The position numbers and the translations under genes are program-made. This document shows positions 1 through 9,572 of a DNA stretch of 64,000 nt, piece by piece. The DNA is from Candidatus Latescibacterota bacterium (GTDB lineage: Bacteria > Latescibacterota > UBA2968 > GCA-2709665): positions 160,001-224,000 of the forward strand of contig OZ242180.1 in the NCBI GenBank assembly GCA_965205485.1, given 5' to 3'. The notes under the pieces were generated by a model. It was not told the DNA's origin, searched no databases, and saw nothing but the letters and a program-made list of their open reading frames with translations. How positions within the stretch are numbered: position 1 is the stretch's first letter; each line of letters begins with the position of its first letter.

Positions 1-716
1 TACCTCCAGTAAAGGGAACCGTCCGCCGGCGAGAGCCCCACCACGGCCTGCCCCGAGAAATAGATGATCTGACGCGCGCCGGCGAGATCCACGGCGATGG
101 GCGATGAATATGATGCCACGTCCTTCTGTGAAGCCCAGGCGACCTTGCCGTCCGTCCTGCGCAGCGCCAGAAACGTACCGTCGCGCGTCGCCGCCTCCAG
201 GAAAAGGAGGTCGCCTTCCACCAGCGGCGACGTGGAAAACCCGAACCTGGGAAACCGGCCGCCGAGTCCGTCGACCATGTTTACGGACCATATCGTTTCG
301 CCGTTTTTCGCCTTCAGCGCGTACAGGCGACCCTCGGCGCCGAGGACGTAGAGCCGATCTCCATCGACCGTTGGCTGCGACCGGGGTCCGTCGCCCCCCT
401 GCCACTCCTCGAACATGCCCCCCGTCCTGAACCGCCAGATTTCGTCGCCCGACTCCTCATTCAGACAGACGACGAACTCATCGTCGCCCTCCGCAAACAT
501 GGTGAATACGCGGCCATCAGCCACCGAAATCCCCGAAAACCCCGCACCGAGGTTTTTCTTCCACAGAACCTCAGGACCGTTTGTCGGCCAGGTCTTCAGG
601 AATTCCGTTTCGGTCGAAATACCCGTTCGGTCGGGACCCAGCCACTGGGGCCAATCCGCACGAGCGGGAGAAAAGCACAGTACAATTGCAAACGTCAACA
701 ATAGTCTGAATTTCAT
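1..716 (-). CDS. PQQ-binding-like beta-propeller protein (BamB-like), secreted; 3' end lies outside the window
   Basis: Not in the ORF track because it has no stop in the window. Hand translation from ATG 716 gives MKFRLLLTFAIVLCFSPARADWPQWLGPDRTG...W...GFSGISVADGRVF...PRSQPTVDGDRLYVLG..G.LYAL: a signal peptide, the WPQ.LGP.R.G motif and Trp-docking repeats. Confidence 0.85.
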   Translation of the reverse strand, partial: MKFRLLLTFAIVLCFSPARADWPQWLGPDRTGISTETEFLKTWPTNGPEVLWKKNLGAGFSGISVADGRVFTMFAEGDDEFVVCLNEESGDEIWRFRTGGMFEEWQGGDGPRSQPTVDGDRLYVLGAEGRLYALKAKNGETIWSVNMVDGLGGRFPRFGFSTSPLVEGDLLFLEAATRDGTFLALRRTDGKVAWASQKDVASYSSPIAVDLAGARQIIYFSGQAVVGLSPADGSLYWR

Positions 717-829
717 AGACAGACTCCGCAAGAAGGTGAAGCTACAGTAAAGGCGTACCTTGCGCGGCTTCGCTATGCTCAGCCGCGATCAAATGGGTGG
801 CACGAAACGCCCGCGCCGGCTTGATGGAC

Positions 830-990
830 CAATCACTCCCCCTTGAGGGGGAGTCGCAGAAGCCGAGCCGTCCCCTGAGCTTGCGGTCCCTGAGCCTGTC
901 GAAGGGTCGAAGGGCCGGCGAAGGATCGAATGGCTTTTGAATAGCGGGCATTTCGACATTTCGACAAGCTCAATGCAGGCATGCTCAATG
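830..990. repeat. Composite intergenic palindromic (REP-like) elements
   Basis: Contains the hairpin ACTCCCCC-TTGA-GGGGGAGT, the motif CCTGAGCCTGTCGAAGGG and its inverted relative TTCGACAAGCTCA. Confidence 0.55.
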
Positions 991-1049
991 ACCACGCGTT
1001 ATATGGTTCATTGGACGTCATTAAACCGCTGTCAGGAGACCCATAACCT

Positions 1050-1090
1050 GGATGCCCTCGCTCCCGGGAACGCCAACCACACCGGTCCCA
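1050..1090. repeat. Partial GGAG-type REP element
   Basis: GGATGCCCTCGCTCCCGGGAACGCCAACC-CACCGGTC is nearly identical to 45162-45200. Confidence 0.7.
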
Positions 1091-1131
1091 GGTCGGCAAC
1101 TGTCCTGGAGAGGTGTGAAATTCGGCATGCC

Positions 1132-2478
1132 TCATGTATAACGCGAATTGCGGTATTTTTCGTCGTAAAACTCCGGCAGCAACTGGTCGACCCGCAACAG
1201 ACCGTTGCGAGTCAGTCTGATCTCCTTCGCGTCGAATTCCAGCATGCCGGCATCCCTCAGTCTTGCGTAGGCATCGCCAAACCGCTCCAGGATATTCACT
1301 TCGAATCTGGCTTTGAAATATCCGGTCTCGATCCGTCCAAGCTTGAGCTGCAGGATCATCTCACGCACCATGCGTTCCTCGCGGGTCGGAACGAAGGACC
1401 GGTTCAGCGGCAGTCGTCCGTGCATACAGTCGTCGACGTAGGGGTCCCACTGCGTGTGATTCTGAAAGTGTATCCCGCCCACGTGTGAAAACGAAGCGAC
1501 GCCCGCGCCGATCAGGTCCGCACTCCGCCAGAGCGCGTCCCGGTAGATAAAGCGCTTCGGTCGACCCTTCTTGACCATCGTATAGGCGCTCGAGATCTCG
1601 TAGCCCGCGTCGCCGAACGCGTCGATCGCATGGGCGTGCCACGCCCGCTTCGTCTCCCAGTCGGCAACCGTCACACCGTTGCCATCCAGGAGCGCCTTCG
1701 AATACGTCGTGTTGAACGGAAGTTCCATCTGATAGATCGTCACGCTGTCGGGATCCAGATCAATTGTGCCCTGCACCGTCTCCCTCCACGTCGTCCACGT
1801 TTCGCCCACCATCCCCGATATCAGGTCCACGTTCACCTGTTCGAACGCCTGCGCCTTGACCCAGCCCATGGCCCGGTAGATCTCTTTGCCCACGTGCGCC
1901 CGGCCGTTCTCCCTCAGGATTTCGTCATTCAGGTTCTCCAGACCCAGGCTCAGTCGCGTCACGCCGATTTCGCGAATGGCCGCTACCTTCGGCTGCGTGA
2001 GCGTGCCCGGTTCGCACTCGAACGCGACCTCTTCGGCGGCGTCCCACGGTAATACGGCCTTGAGCCGATCCACCAGCGCCTTCAGGTGTTTCACGCTGAT
2101 GTACGAGGGCGTCCCCCCGCCGAAGTAGACGAATTGCAGCGTGCGTCCGGCAATCCCGGGCAGTCGGGCGTAGCGTTCCACCTCTCTGGCCAGCGCATCC
2201 AGATAGACCTGGATCTCGGAACTGTTGCGGTCCGTATACACCCGAAAATAGCAGAACTTGCACCGTTTCCTGCAAAACGGAATATGCAGATACAGTCCGA
2301 GCGGCACGTCCGTCGCCGACGGATCCGGGACCTGTAACATCGCCTCAACCCGCGGATTGTGTTCCTCACTCCAGAATGAATACGGAGGATAGTTGGACAC
2401 GAATACGCTGCCGACCGCTGTTTCGCTCCATTCTTTCCTGGAGGTCGCGGGCTCGGGGACGTGAACCTGGGTACTCAT
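1132..2478 (-). CDS. HemN/HemW-like radical SAM protein (coproporphyrinogen III oxidase family, function unknown)
   Basis: Motifs LYLHIPFCRKRCKFCYF (CxxxCxxC), YFGGGTPS, RLSLG, NVDLI; HemN-type C-terminus (RLTRNGLL). Confidence 0.9.
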   Translation of the reverse strand: MSTQVHVPEPATSRKEWSETAVGSVFVSNYPPYSFWSEEHNPRVEAMLQVPDPSATDVPLGLYLHIPFCRKRCKFCYFRVYTDRNSSEIQVYLDALAREVERYARLPGIAGRTLQFVYFGGGTPSYISVKHLKALVDRLKAVLPWDAAEEVAFECEPGTLTQPKVAAIREIGVTRLSLGLENLNDEILRENGRAHVGKEIYRAMGWVKAQAFEQVNVDLISGMVGETWTTWRETVQGTIDLDPDSVTIYQMELPFNTTYSKALLDGNGVTVADWETKRAWHAHAIDAFGDAGYEISSAYTMVKKGRPKRFIYRDALWRSADLIGAGVASFSHVGGIHFQNHTQWDPYVDDCMHGRLPLNRSFVPTREERMVREMILQLKLGRIETGYFKARFEVNILERFGDAYARLRDAGMLEFDAKEIRLTRNGLLRVDQLLPEFYDEKYRNSRYT

Positions 2479-3632
2479 TCCCTTTCCTCACTTCCAAAAC
2501 AGTACAAAACCCCGTCCGTCGTTCCGATCACAAGCCGGCCGCCGGCCACGCTCGGCGAAGCCAGTACTCCCGAACCGGTCTGAAATTCCCATCCCGGCTC
2601 ACCGGAATCCAGATCCAGCGCCACAATCCTCCCGGCGGTGGTGCCCACAAACACCCGATTGCCCGCAATCACGGGCGATGAATCCAGCCGGGAGCGAAAC
2701 GCGCGTATCCAGATCACCTCACCGTCGTCCGGACGCAGCGCGCGCACCATCTTGTCGCGCCCCGCGACGATCACGTGATATCCGGTCACTGCCGGGGACG
2801 CGTAGAACGGAAACTTGCGATCCGGGTGTTCGTACCGCCACAGGACTCTCGCATTCGTCAGATCCAGGCCAAGGACCTGGTTTCCGAAAGTACCCGCGTA
2901 GGCCCTTCCTCCGCGCACGGCGACACTTGCCGCGACGTAATCGAATAACTCCACCCTGGAATCTTCACGTCCGCTGGCGGCGTTCACCATGCGCATCCGG
3001 CCGTCGCAACCGGCGACAAGTACACGTCCTTCCCAAAGGGCCGGGGATCCATGAACGTAACCCTCCGTCTCCACCTTCCACGCCAGGGTCCCGTCCGCCA
3101 TTGCAAGACAGTAGAGGAATTGATCGTAGGAACCGAAGATCACCCGCCCTTCGTGCGCCGCGGCGGATGAGATGATCTCTCCTCCCGTCCGATACGTCCA
3201 CAACCCCCTTCCGGATGCCGCGTCCACGGCGTGGAAGCCGCCGTCTCCATCACCGAAGAAGACGGCGTTGTCCGCCACCAGCGGCGAAGACTTTATCTCC
3301 CCGCCTGCCGAGTACTTCCATTTCAACGCACCGGTGCCGAGCTCAAACGCATAGAGATTTCCGTCCAGCCCGCCGACGAAAACCGCTCCATCCCGGATCG
3401 CTGCGGTGGACTCGATGCCTTCCGGCACGCGGGCGGCCCACATGACAACCAGGCTGTCGGGAAGCGATTCCTTCGCGAGTCCCGTGGATTGCGCATCGCC
3501 CCGGAACCGCGGCCAGGACGTCTCGGCGGCCGCGCAGGCGGAAACCGGTACGTACAAGATGCACAAAGGGAGCAAAACGTTCCATATGTACCTTGCTCTT
3601 CGCCTCGCGCGAACCTCAATATGCCTCTTCAT
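2475..3632 (-). CDS. PQQ-binding-like beta-propeller repeat protein (BamB-like)
   Basis: SWPRFRGD..STG followed by repeated I.SSP.V....VF.G..DG..YA.D...G...W blades; hydrophobic N-terminal signal. Start uncertain. Confidence 0.9.
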   Translation of the reverse strand: MKRHIEVRARRRARYIWNVLLPLCILYVPVSACAAAETSWPRFRGDAQSTGLAKESLPDSLVVMWAARVPEGIESTAAIRDGAVFVGGLDGNLYAFELGTGALKWKYSAGGEIKSSPLVADNAVFFGDGDGGFHAVDAASGRGLWTYRTGGEIISSAAAHEGRVIFGSYDQFLYCLAMADGTLAWKVETEGYVHGSPALWEGRVLVAGCDGRMRMVNAASGREDSRVELFDYVAASVAVRGGRAYAGTFGNQVLGLDLTNARVLWRYEHPDRKFPFYASPAVTGYHVIVAGRDKMVRALRPDDGEVIWIRAFRSRLDSSPVIAGNRVFVGTTAGRIVALDLDSGEPGWEFQTGSGVLASPSVAGGRLVIGTTDGVLYCFGSEERE

Positions 3633-4731
3633 ATAACGCCAGAAAGTCGGTTTCCCGGACCGGCCGCGGATTGAACGTACCCGTCCACTCCCGCGCCGCA
3701 TCCGACGCCAGTTCGGGGAGCCGTTCCGCTTCGACCCGCAAATCCCGAAGGTTCAGCGGCAGATTCGCCGCGCGCATGAATCGTTCGATCCGTTCCGCGA
3801 GCGCACCGGGCGCCAGCCCGAACCCTTCGTAGCGCGCCTCCTCGGTCTCCCCGTTGAACCGGATCACCTGCGGAAGCATTACGCCCACCGCGACGCCGTG
3901 CGTGATGCCATAACGGGCCGTCAGCGGGTTGGCGCAGGCGTGGGCGGCGCCCAGCATGGCACTTTCAATCGCCACCCCCGCGAAATGCGCGCCCAGAAGC
4001 ATGGCGGCCCTGGCCTCCGCGCCGGCCGCCGGCGCCAGCGCGGCTTCGAATCCCGATGCGAGGAGGCGCCACGCCTCCAGCGCGTACATTCCGGACATCG
4101 GGTTCCGCCGCGTGCACACGCAGCTTTCCACGGCATGGGCGATGGCATCGATTCCCGATGCGGCAACCACATGCCCCGGCGCGCTCGAGGTGAGTTCGGG
4201 ATCCAGGATGACGCCGCGGAATCGCGCCTTGAGGTCGCCGCAGGCCATCTTTTCGTGGGTATCCGGCCTGGAAATCAACGCAAAGGACTGGGCCTCGCTC
4301 CCTGTACCCGCGGTGGTCGGTATGCCGATTGACGGCAGCATCGGACGCCGCGCCCTGCCCATCCCGCGGTAGTCCTCCATGCGCCCGCCGTTCGTGAGGA
4401 TGAAATTGACGCCCTTGGCGCAATCCATCGCGCTGCCGCCGCCCAGGCCCACGATCAGCCCGGTCCCGCCGTGCGCCGAGGCGGCCTCCACACCCGCGTC
4501 CACGTGGTCCGTCGTCGGGTTCTCGTCCACGTCGTCGAAGACGAGGACGTCGCGCCCCGCGCCCCGCAGCAGGCGCAGCGCCCTGTCCGCGATGCCCGCT
4601 TTGACGATCCCCGGATCGGTCACGAGCAGAATTCGTCCTCCGCCAAGTCCATCCGCCAGATCCGGAAGCTGCGCCAGCATGCCTTCCCCGAAGATCACTC
4701 GCGGCGCAGGATGGTGGTCGAAGGGTGCCAT
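3616..4731 (-). CDS. Iron-containing alcohol dehydrogenase
   Basis: GLGGGSAMDCAK, IPTTAGTGSE, DAIAHAVES, GAAHACA...HG metal ligands. Confidence 0.93.
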   Translation of the reverse strand: MAPFDHHPAPRVIFGEGMLAQLPDLADGLGGGRILLVTDPGIVKAGIADRALRLLRGAGRDVLVFDDVDENPTTDHVDAGVEAASAHGGTGLIVGLGGGSAMDCAKGVNFILTNGGRMEDYRGMGRARRPMLPSIGIPTTAGTGSEAQSFALISRPDTHEKMACGDLKARFRGVILDPELTSSAPGHVVAASGIDAIAHAVESCVCTRRNPMSGMYALEAWRLLASGFEAALAPAAGAEARAAMLLGAHFAGVAIESAMLGAAHACANPLTARYGITHGVAVGVMLPQVIRFNGETEEARYEGFGLAPGALAERIERFMRAANLPLNLRDLRVEAERLPELASDAAREWTGTFNPRPVRETDFLALYEEAY

Positions 4732-4741
4732 CCGGCCGACC

Positions 4742-6166
4742 CTACGCTCCCCGAGCGAACTGAAACGCCCGCTGACGGTAGAGGTGATCGAACAGATTTC
4801 CTTCGTGCGGCTGGTCCCATGAAATCCGGTTCGTGGGAATCGGCCCCACGTTCAGTCGATCCACGTGGGGTGAATTCAGCAGGTCGCCGACGAGGTCTTC
4901 ATCCTCTGTCAACACCGTGACCACCAGGCTGGGGCCGATCCGATGGACCACCTCCGCCTGCGGCGCTTCGACCACGCTCGAATAGGGAAACAGGAATTCC
5001 GTATTCGCAAGAGGGTGTTCCGGAGACTCACACCATACCAGCGTCGGATTCAGGAACGTGAGGCCGTCCAGCTCTGCGAGCCGGCCGCCGCGCAAGCCAG
5101 CGGTCAGATCCTCCGCTCCGCCGTTCTTCAAATTGATATCGATGATATTGGAAATCCCGGCGGCCGCGGCCGGATTGGCAAACGCGGCAATCCGGGCTTG
5201 TGGGTCGTTCAGCGGCCGCGCCACGATTCGCGCGAGCCGGTTTGCAATCGCCTCCGCAATCTCGCGTCCGTATGCCGGCGTCCATACGCCGGACGCATTG
5301 ATGCACGAACGCCCCCCGTTGGCCGCGATTGAAACCAGGATCACATCCAGGAAATCCTCCCAGCGGTCGACCACGTCTTCTCCCAGAATCACCTTGCTGC
5401 GGCCCGGTCCATGGACGGATACCCGCGGATCGTGCAGCCACGGCGCGACCGTGGCGCCGCCCCCGAATAGAAGAGATCGCCCGCAACGCAGGAGGATTTC
5501 GTTGGCGCCGGCATGCCCGGTCGGATAGATGCCGAACGCTTCGCCCGGGCATCCCGAGGCGACAAACGCCTGTGCAATGCGATACGGGGTCCAGGGGTCC
5601 TCCCGGCCGGGCTTCAGCACGAGGGGCACCTTCAGCGAAATGGCCGGAACCCAGAGCGAATGCACGCCCGGCGAATTGCTCGGCAATACCGCGCCTAGCG
5701 CGTCGGTCTGGCGGACGTAGTTCAATGGCCGGCCGTTATCCTGAGCCCACCCCTCGTCCAGCACCGACACATCCAGCCCGCGCGTCAGACCGGCGAGCAC
5801 GTCGTCGATCTGGCTGCAGGCCAGCCGGATCTTTTCCATATTCTCCCGGCATAGGGTTTCTGGAATTCCCGTTGTCCCGGAGACCTGGCGGACGTAGTCC
5901 CCGGGCGATTGCGTCTGGCCGTCCAGCGGCAATTCCGCCTCCGCGAACAGCCGGCCGGCGCGGCACGTTATGGCCGCAAGATCGGAAACGCTGAACGCAT
6001 CCAGGGCCCGCTTATTCGCCTGCGCGGCGTTGAGGTCCCTCGCGACCAGACCCGGATTCGCCTGGCTGACCCGCACGAGCGGTTCTCCGGTCCGGACGTG
6101 TGGGATTTCCTGGACGTCCAGACTCGTGTATGGCTTTCCCGCTCGCAGTACCGGGATATGGGTCAC
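4742..6166 (-). CDS. Aldehyde dehydrogenase-fold protein (GriD/LuxC-like reductase candidate)
   Basis: LPSNSPG, VLKPG, catalytic-Cys segment NGGRSCINAS, EFLFP. Confidence 0.85.
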   Translation of the reverse strand: MTHIPVLRAGKPYTSLDVQEIPHVRTGEPLVRVSQANPGLVARDLNAAQANKRALDAFSVSDLAAITCRAGRLFAEAELPLDGQTQSPGDYVRQVSGTTGIPETLCRENMEKIRLACSQIDDVLAGLTRGLDVSVLDEGWAQDNGRPLNYVRQTDALGAVLPSNSPGVHSLWVPAISLKVPLVLKPGREDPWTPYRIAQAFVASGCPGEAFGIYPTGHAGANEILLRCGRSLLFGGGATVAPWLHDPRVSVHGPGRSKVILGEDVVDRWEDFLDVILVSIAANGGRSCINASGVWTPAYGREIAEAIANRLARIVARPLNDPQARIAAFANPAAAAGISNIIDINLKNGGAEDLTAGLRGGRLAELDGLTFLNPTLVWCESPEHPLANTEFLFPYSSVVEAPQAEVVHRIGPSLVVTVLTEDEDLVGDLLNSPHVDRLNVGPIPTNRISWDQPHEGNLFDHLYRQRAFQFARGA

Positions 6167-6199
6167 GCCGTCCTCCTGGATCGCTATCAGGCCTTCCCG

Positions 6200-7273
6200 T
6201 TAGTATACGCCAACGACGACTGACTCCCGCATCTCCGAGAACAGACCCAGATTCCTCACGCCGTCCCAGGGAAACGCTTCGATGGGTTCCGCCCGTTCGC
6301 CCTCGTCCCGTTCCAGAAACCGCGGCATGAAGAACTCACGGGTAAGGGTCGTCAGCATGACCCTGCCAACCGCGTTATATGCCACCTGTTTGTCAGGATC
6401 ATCGGGGTCCACCAGTTCGATCACGGCCCGCGGGACCGGCGGATAATAGGTAATGGCGTAATTGTCCGAGGGTTCGAGCGGCTTGGAGTATGCCAGGCCC
6501 ATCAACGTATTTCCATACGTGGGCACGAAGTCGATTCCGGGAACCAGTTCTTCTCTCGCGAACCGGTTGAACTGCGCGTCCATCTCGGTCCCACCGCAAA
6601 ATATCCCCGAAATGCCGGCCTTTTTCAATGAAATCTTTTCGCAGATCGCTTCCAGAAGCTTCGGCGTTGTGAACATGCACTTCACGTTGTCGTTCACCCG
6701 CAGAATGGTCAGCGCCTGATCGATCACGTGGGCCTTGTAGAGATCCAGCTCCTGGAGGGCGCCCCGCGCGATCAGCTTGTTGACCCATCTGGGGTCCAGG
6801 TCCACCAGGAAGCAGATCCCGCCCCGGATCTGGCAGAGGTACTCCACCGCCAGCCGCAGCCGCCTCGGGCCGGTGGGTCCCAGCATCAGCCAGTCGGCCC
6901 CCCTGGGAAACGTCTCGTCCGAAAGGCGCCTGCTGAATATCTCGTAGTCGGTCTGGAAGTCTTCCTGGCTGATCCGGTATTTCGGCACCCCCGTGGAGCC
7001 GCCGGTTTCGAAGACATAGGTCCGTTTGCCGGCGCTTCCACGGGGAATCCAACGGCGCACGGGACCGCCGCGCAGCCATTCGTCCTGAAAGTGGCCGAGG
7101 ATTTTCAGGTCCTCATAGCCCCCGATCTCCCGCCGCGGATCGAAGTCCAGTCCGTCCGCGAATTCCAGCCAGAACGGGCACCCCGTGTCCGGATCGAAAT
7201 GCCAGGCGACGGTTTCCCGCACGTGGGCATCCAGTTCGTCCCTCGCCGCATCGACGCTTTCGGCAATCGACAT
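6200..7273 (-). CDS. EhpF/GriC-like adenylating (AMP-binding, PaaK/LuxE-related) protein
   Basis: WHFDPDTGCPFW, P-loop-like FETGGSTGVPK, DLDPRWV, YGNTLMG, FLERD. Confidence 0.75.
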   Translation of the reverse strand: MSIAESVDAARDELDAHVRETVAWHFDPDTGCPFWLEFADGLDFDPRREIGGYEDLKILGHFQDEWLRGGPVRRWIPRGSAGKRTYVFETGGSTGVPKYRISQEDFQTDYEIFSRRLSDETFPRGADWLMLGPTGPRRLRLAVEYLCQIRGGICFLVDLDPRWVNKLIARGALQELDLYKAHVIDQALTILRVNDNVKCMFTTPKLLEAICEKISLKKAGISGIFCGGTEMDAQFNRFAREELVPGIDFVPTYGNTLMGLAYSKPLEPSDNYAITYYPPVPRAVIELVDPDDPDKQVAYNAVGRVMLTTLTREFFMPRFLERDEGERAEPIEAFPWDGVRNLGLFSEMRESVVVGVY

Positions 7274-7275
7274 GT

Positions 7276-8394
7276 CTATTTCCGATCCGAGTCTGACGCT
7301 TCACTTCGCCACGCTTCCAGGGGATGCCGGCGGTCCGGGAGCGGCAACGCAACGCGGCGGCCGCCCATCCTGTGGGACTGGTAGATACCGAGAATCATCT
7401 CGAACGCGGTCCGGGCGTCGGCCCCGCTCGAGGGCGGTTCCGTCCCTGACTCGATCGCCGCGACCACCCGGCGATACATCCTGGAAATAGAGTCGCTGTC
7501 CTCGGCGTCGCCCAACGGCACCGGCGCCCAGTCCCCGTGTCCCCCCGGCAATCCCTCCATGGGCCTGGGAAGGCGCCAGAGCGCGTGCGCAACGCGGCCT
7601 GAAGCGCGGACCGAAAGCTGCCCTTCGGTTCCGACAACGTCCACGCCGTAGTTCTCGCTCATGGACGCCTGGAATCCCGGGAAGTGGATTTCTCCCAGAA
7701 CGCCGCCCTCGAAGCCGTACTGCGCCGCCGCCCGGTCGCCTGCTACAAGGCCGGAATCCCGGTCTCGCGGTGACATTTCCTTTGCTTCCATAACGTCGTT
7801 GACGTCGGCCAGGCGTCCCTGATACCAGACGTTGCCGGAACACCACGAGGGCACACCGCCGAAGCGCATCATCATGTCGGCAACGTGGGTTCCCATTTCC
7901 GTAAACTCGTTTCCACTCTGGCGTCCGGACTTGTTTCGCCCGCGCACGAGCACGACCTGACCGATATCGCCTCTGCGAACCATATCGCGCGCCGTCAATA
8001 CGGCTGAACTCACGTGGCTCTGCTGGTTGACCGCCAGCTTCGCGCCCGATGCGGCGGCCGCCGCGACCATCTCGTCCGCCTCGGCGGGATCGATGGCGAT
8101 TGGCTTCTCGCAAAGAACGGATATCCCGCGCTGAAGCGCCGCCACAGCCGGCGCGCGATGCCCCCGCGTCTGCGTGGCCACCACGACGAGATCGGGCCTC
8201 GTCTCGTCGTACATCCGCTTGAAGTCGGAGTAGCGGCCGGACACGTTGAACGTGTCACCGGCTTCCGCGAGCGCTTCATCGAACACGTCACAGATGCCGG
8301 CAATCTCGAATTCGGGCATCTTCTGAATGATCTTCAGATGCTGGCGGCCCATCCCCCCGCAGCCGACAAGGACCGTCCGACATGAATTCGCCAT
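7276..8394 (-). CDS. Gfo/Idh/MocA family oxidoreductase
   Basis: VGCGGMG Rossmann motif and VLCEKP. Start moved to MANSC to avoid overlap with the upstream gene. Confidence 0.9.
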   Translation of the reverse strand: MANSCRTVLVGCGGMGRQHLKIIQKMPEFEIAGICDVFDEALAEAGDTFNVSGRYSDFKRMYDETRPDLVVVATQTRGHRAPAVAALQRGISVLCEKPIAIDPAEADEMVAAAAASGAKLAVNQQSHVSSAVLTARDMVRRGDIGQVVLVRGRNKSGRQSGNEFTEMGTHVADMMMRFGGVPSWCSGNVWYQGRLADVNDVMEAKEMSPRDRDSGLVAGDRAAAQYGFEGGVLGEIHFPGFQASMSENYGVDVVGTEGQLSVRASGRVAHALWRLPRPMEGLPGGHGDWAPVPLGDAEDSDSISRMYRRVVAAIESGTEPPSSGADARTAFEMILGIYQSHRMGGRRVALPLPDRRHPLEAWRSEASDSDRK

Positions 8395-8411
8395 ACCGTA
8401 CCCTTTTTTAC

Positions 8412-9500
8412 TTAAGTACCGTTTTTCCAGCCTCTTGGCCGCCGTCTGGACAGCGGGTTCTGGCGGTGGCACTCTTCCATCACCGCCACCTGCACGGCAA
8501 CCTGTTCCGGCGTGATATATAGTGGCTCGCCGTCCTTCAAAACCTTATACAGATGATCGTAGAACGCTCTGGACATGTACGTAAACGCATCCTTCTCGGC
8601 TTCATCGGGCGCCCACGATTCCTCGGTCCACGCCAACTCCTCCCTGCAATAGCTCGGACCGGGCAGCGGCGTTCGTGTCAGCCGCTGTCTCGGCGATGCC
8701 CCCGGATCGTAGAACCGCCACCTGACACCGTCGGCGCCGCCCGCCAGCCCGCCACGGGTCCCGCAGACGTGGTACATGTCTCCGGAAAAGGCATCGCACG
8801 AGGATATCTCCAGATCGATCGTGGGCGACCCCTTCCGCTGCAGCAGCACCTTTACGTGGTCCTCCGCGTCGCCATAGGTATTCGTCCGGTCCATGATGCA
8901 TTGCACGGCGGGTTTCTTCCAATCAAGCAGACAGAGCGCCTGGTCCATCGGATGCGGCCCCGTATTCAAGAGGTTTCCGCCCTTGAATTCCTGGAGGGTC
9001 TGCCAGTCCCATCGCCGCGCGAATCCGTTGAACGCGATGCGGATCTGCACGATCCTCCCCAGGACGCCCGAGTCGATCACCCTGCGTATCTGCTGAAAGT
9101 GCGGCGCGTACCTGGACTGCTGAAACGGCGCCAGGATTCTGCCTGACCGCCGGGACGCAGCCACCATGCGGCGAAAGTCTCCCGTGCTTGCCGCCAGGGG
9201 CTTTTCACAGACGACGTGACGGCCGGCCCGGAATGCTTCCACGGTGCTCTGCGTATGCAGATGGCTGGGCAATGCGTTGACGACCAGGTCGACGTCCTCC
9301 CTCGCCAGCACGTCTTTATAGTCCGCGTAGGCGTCGCACCCGAACTCGCGTTCCGCGCGGTCGCGGCGGTCCCGCAGCAGATCCGACACGGCTACGATCG
9401 CATATTTCCCGGGCGAACGGCACAGCCATTCCGCGTGAATATCGCGCCCGCTGCGCCCCTGACCCAGAATCCCAACCCGAACACGTCCCGTACCGTCCAT
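8412..9500 (-). CDS. Gfo/Idh/MocA family oxidoreductase
   Basis: ILGQGRSG, VVCEKP, GGNLLNTGPHPMD; GGAGG RBS before ATG 9500. Confidence 0.92.
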   Translation of the reverse strand: MDGTGRVRVGILGQGRSGRDIHAEWLCRSPGKYAIVAVSDLLRDRRDRAEREFGCDAYADYKDVLAREDVDLVVNALPSHLHTQSTVEAFRAGRHVVCEKPLAASTGDFRRMVAASRRSGRILAPFQQSRYAPHFQQIRRVIDSGVLGRIVQIRIAFNGFARRWDWQTLQEFKGGNLLNTGPHPMDQALCLLDWKKPAVQCIMDRTNTYGDAEDHVKVLLQRKGSPTIDLEISSCDAFSGDMYHVCGTRGGLAGGADGVRWRFYDPGASPRQRLTRTPLPGPSYCREELAWTEESWAPDEAEKDAFTYMSRAFYDHLYKVLKDGEPLYITPEQVAVQVAVMEECHRQNPLSRRRPRGWKNGT

Positions 9501-9572
9501 CTTTACAACCTCCATCAACGGGTTTTCGTCTGCCCGCGACGCATGGCCGCCGGGACGACACCCTGGATTACG

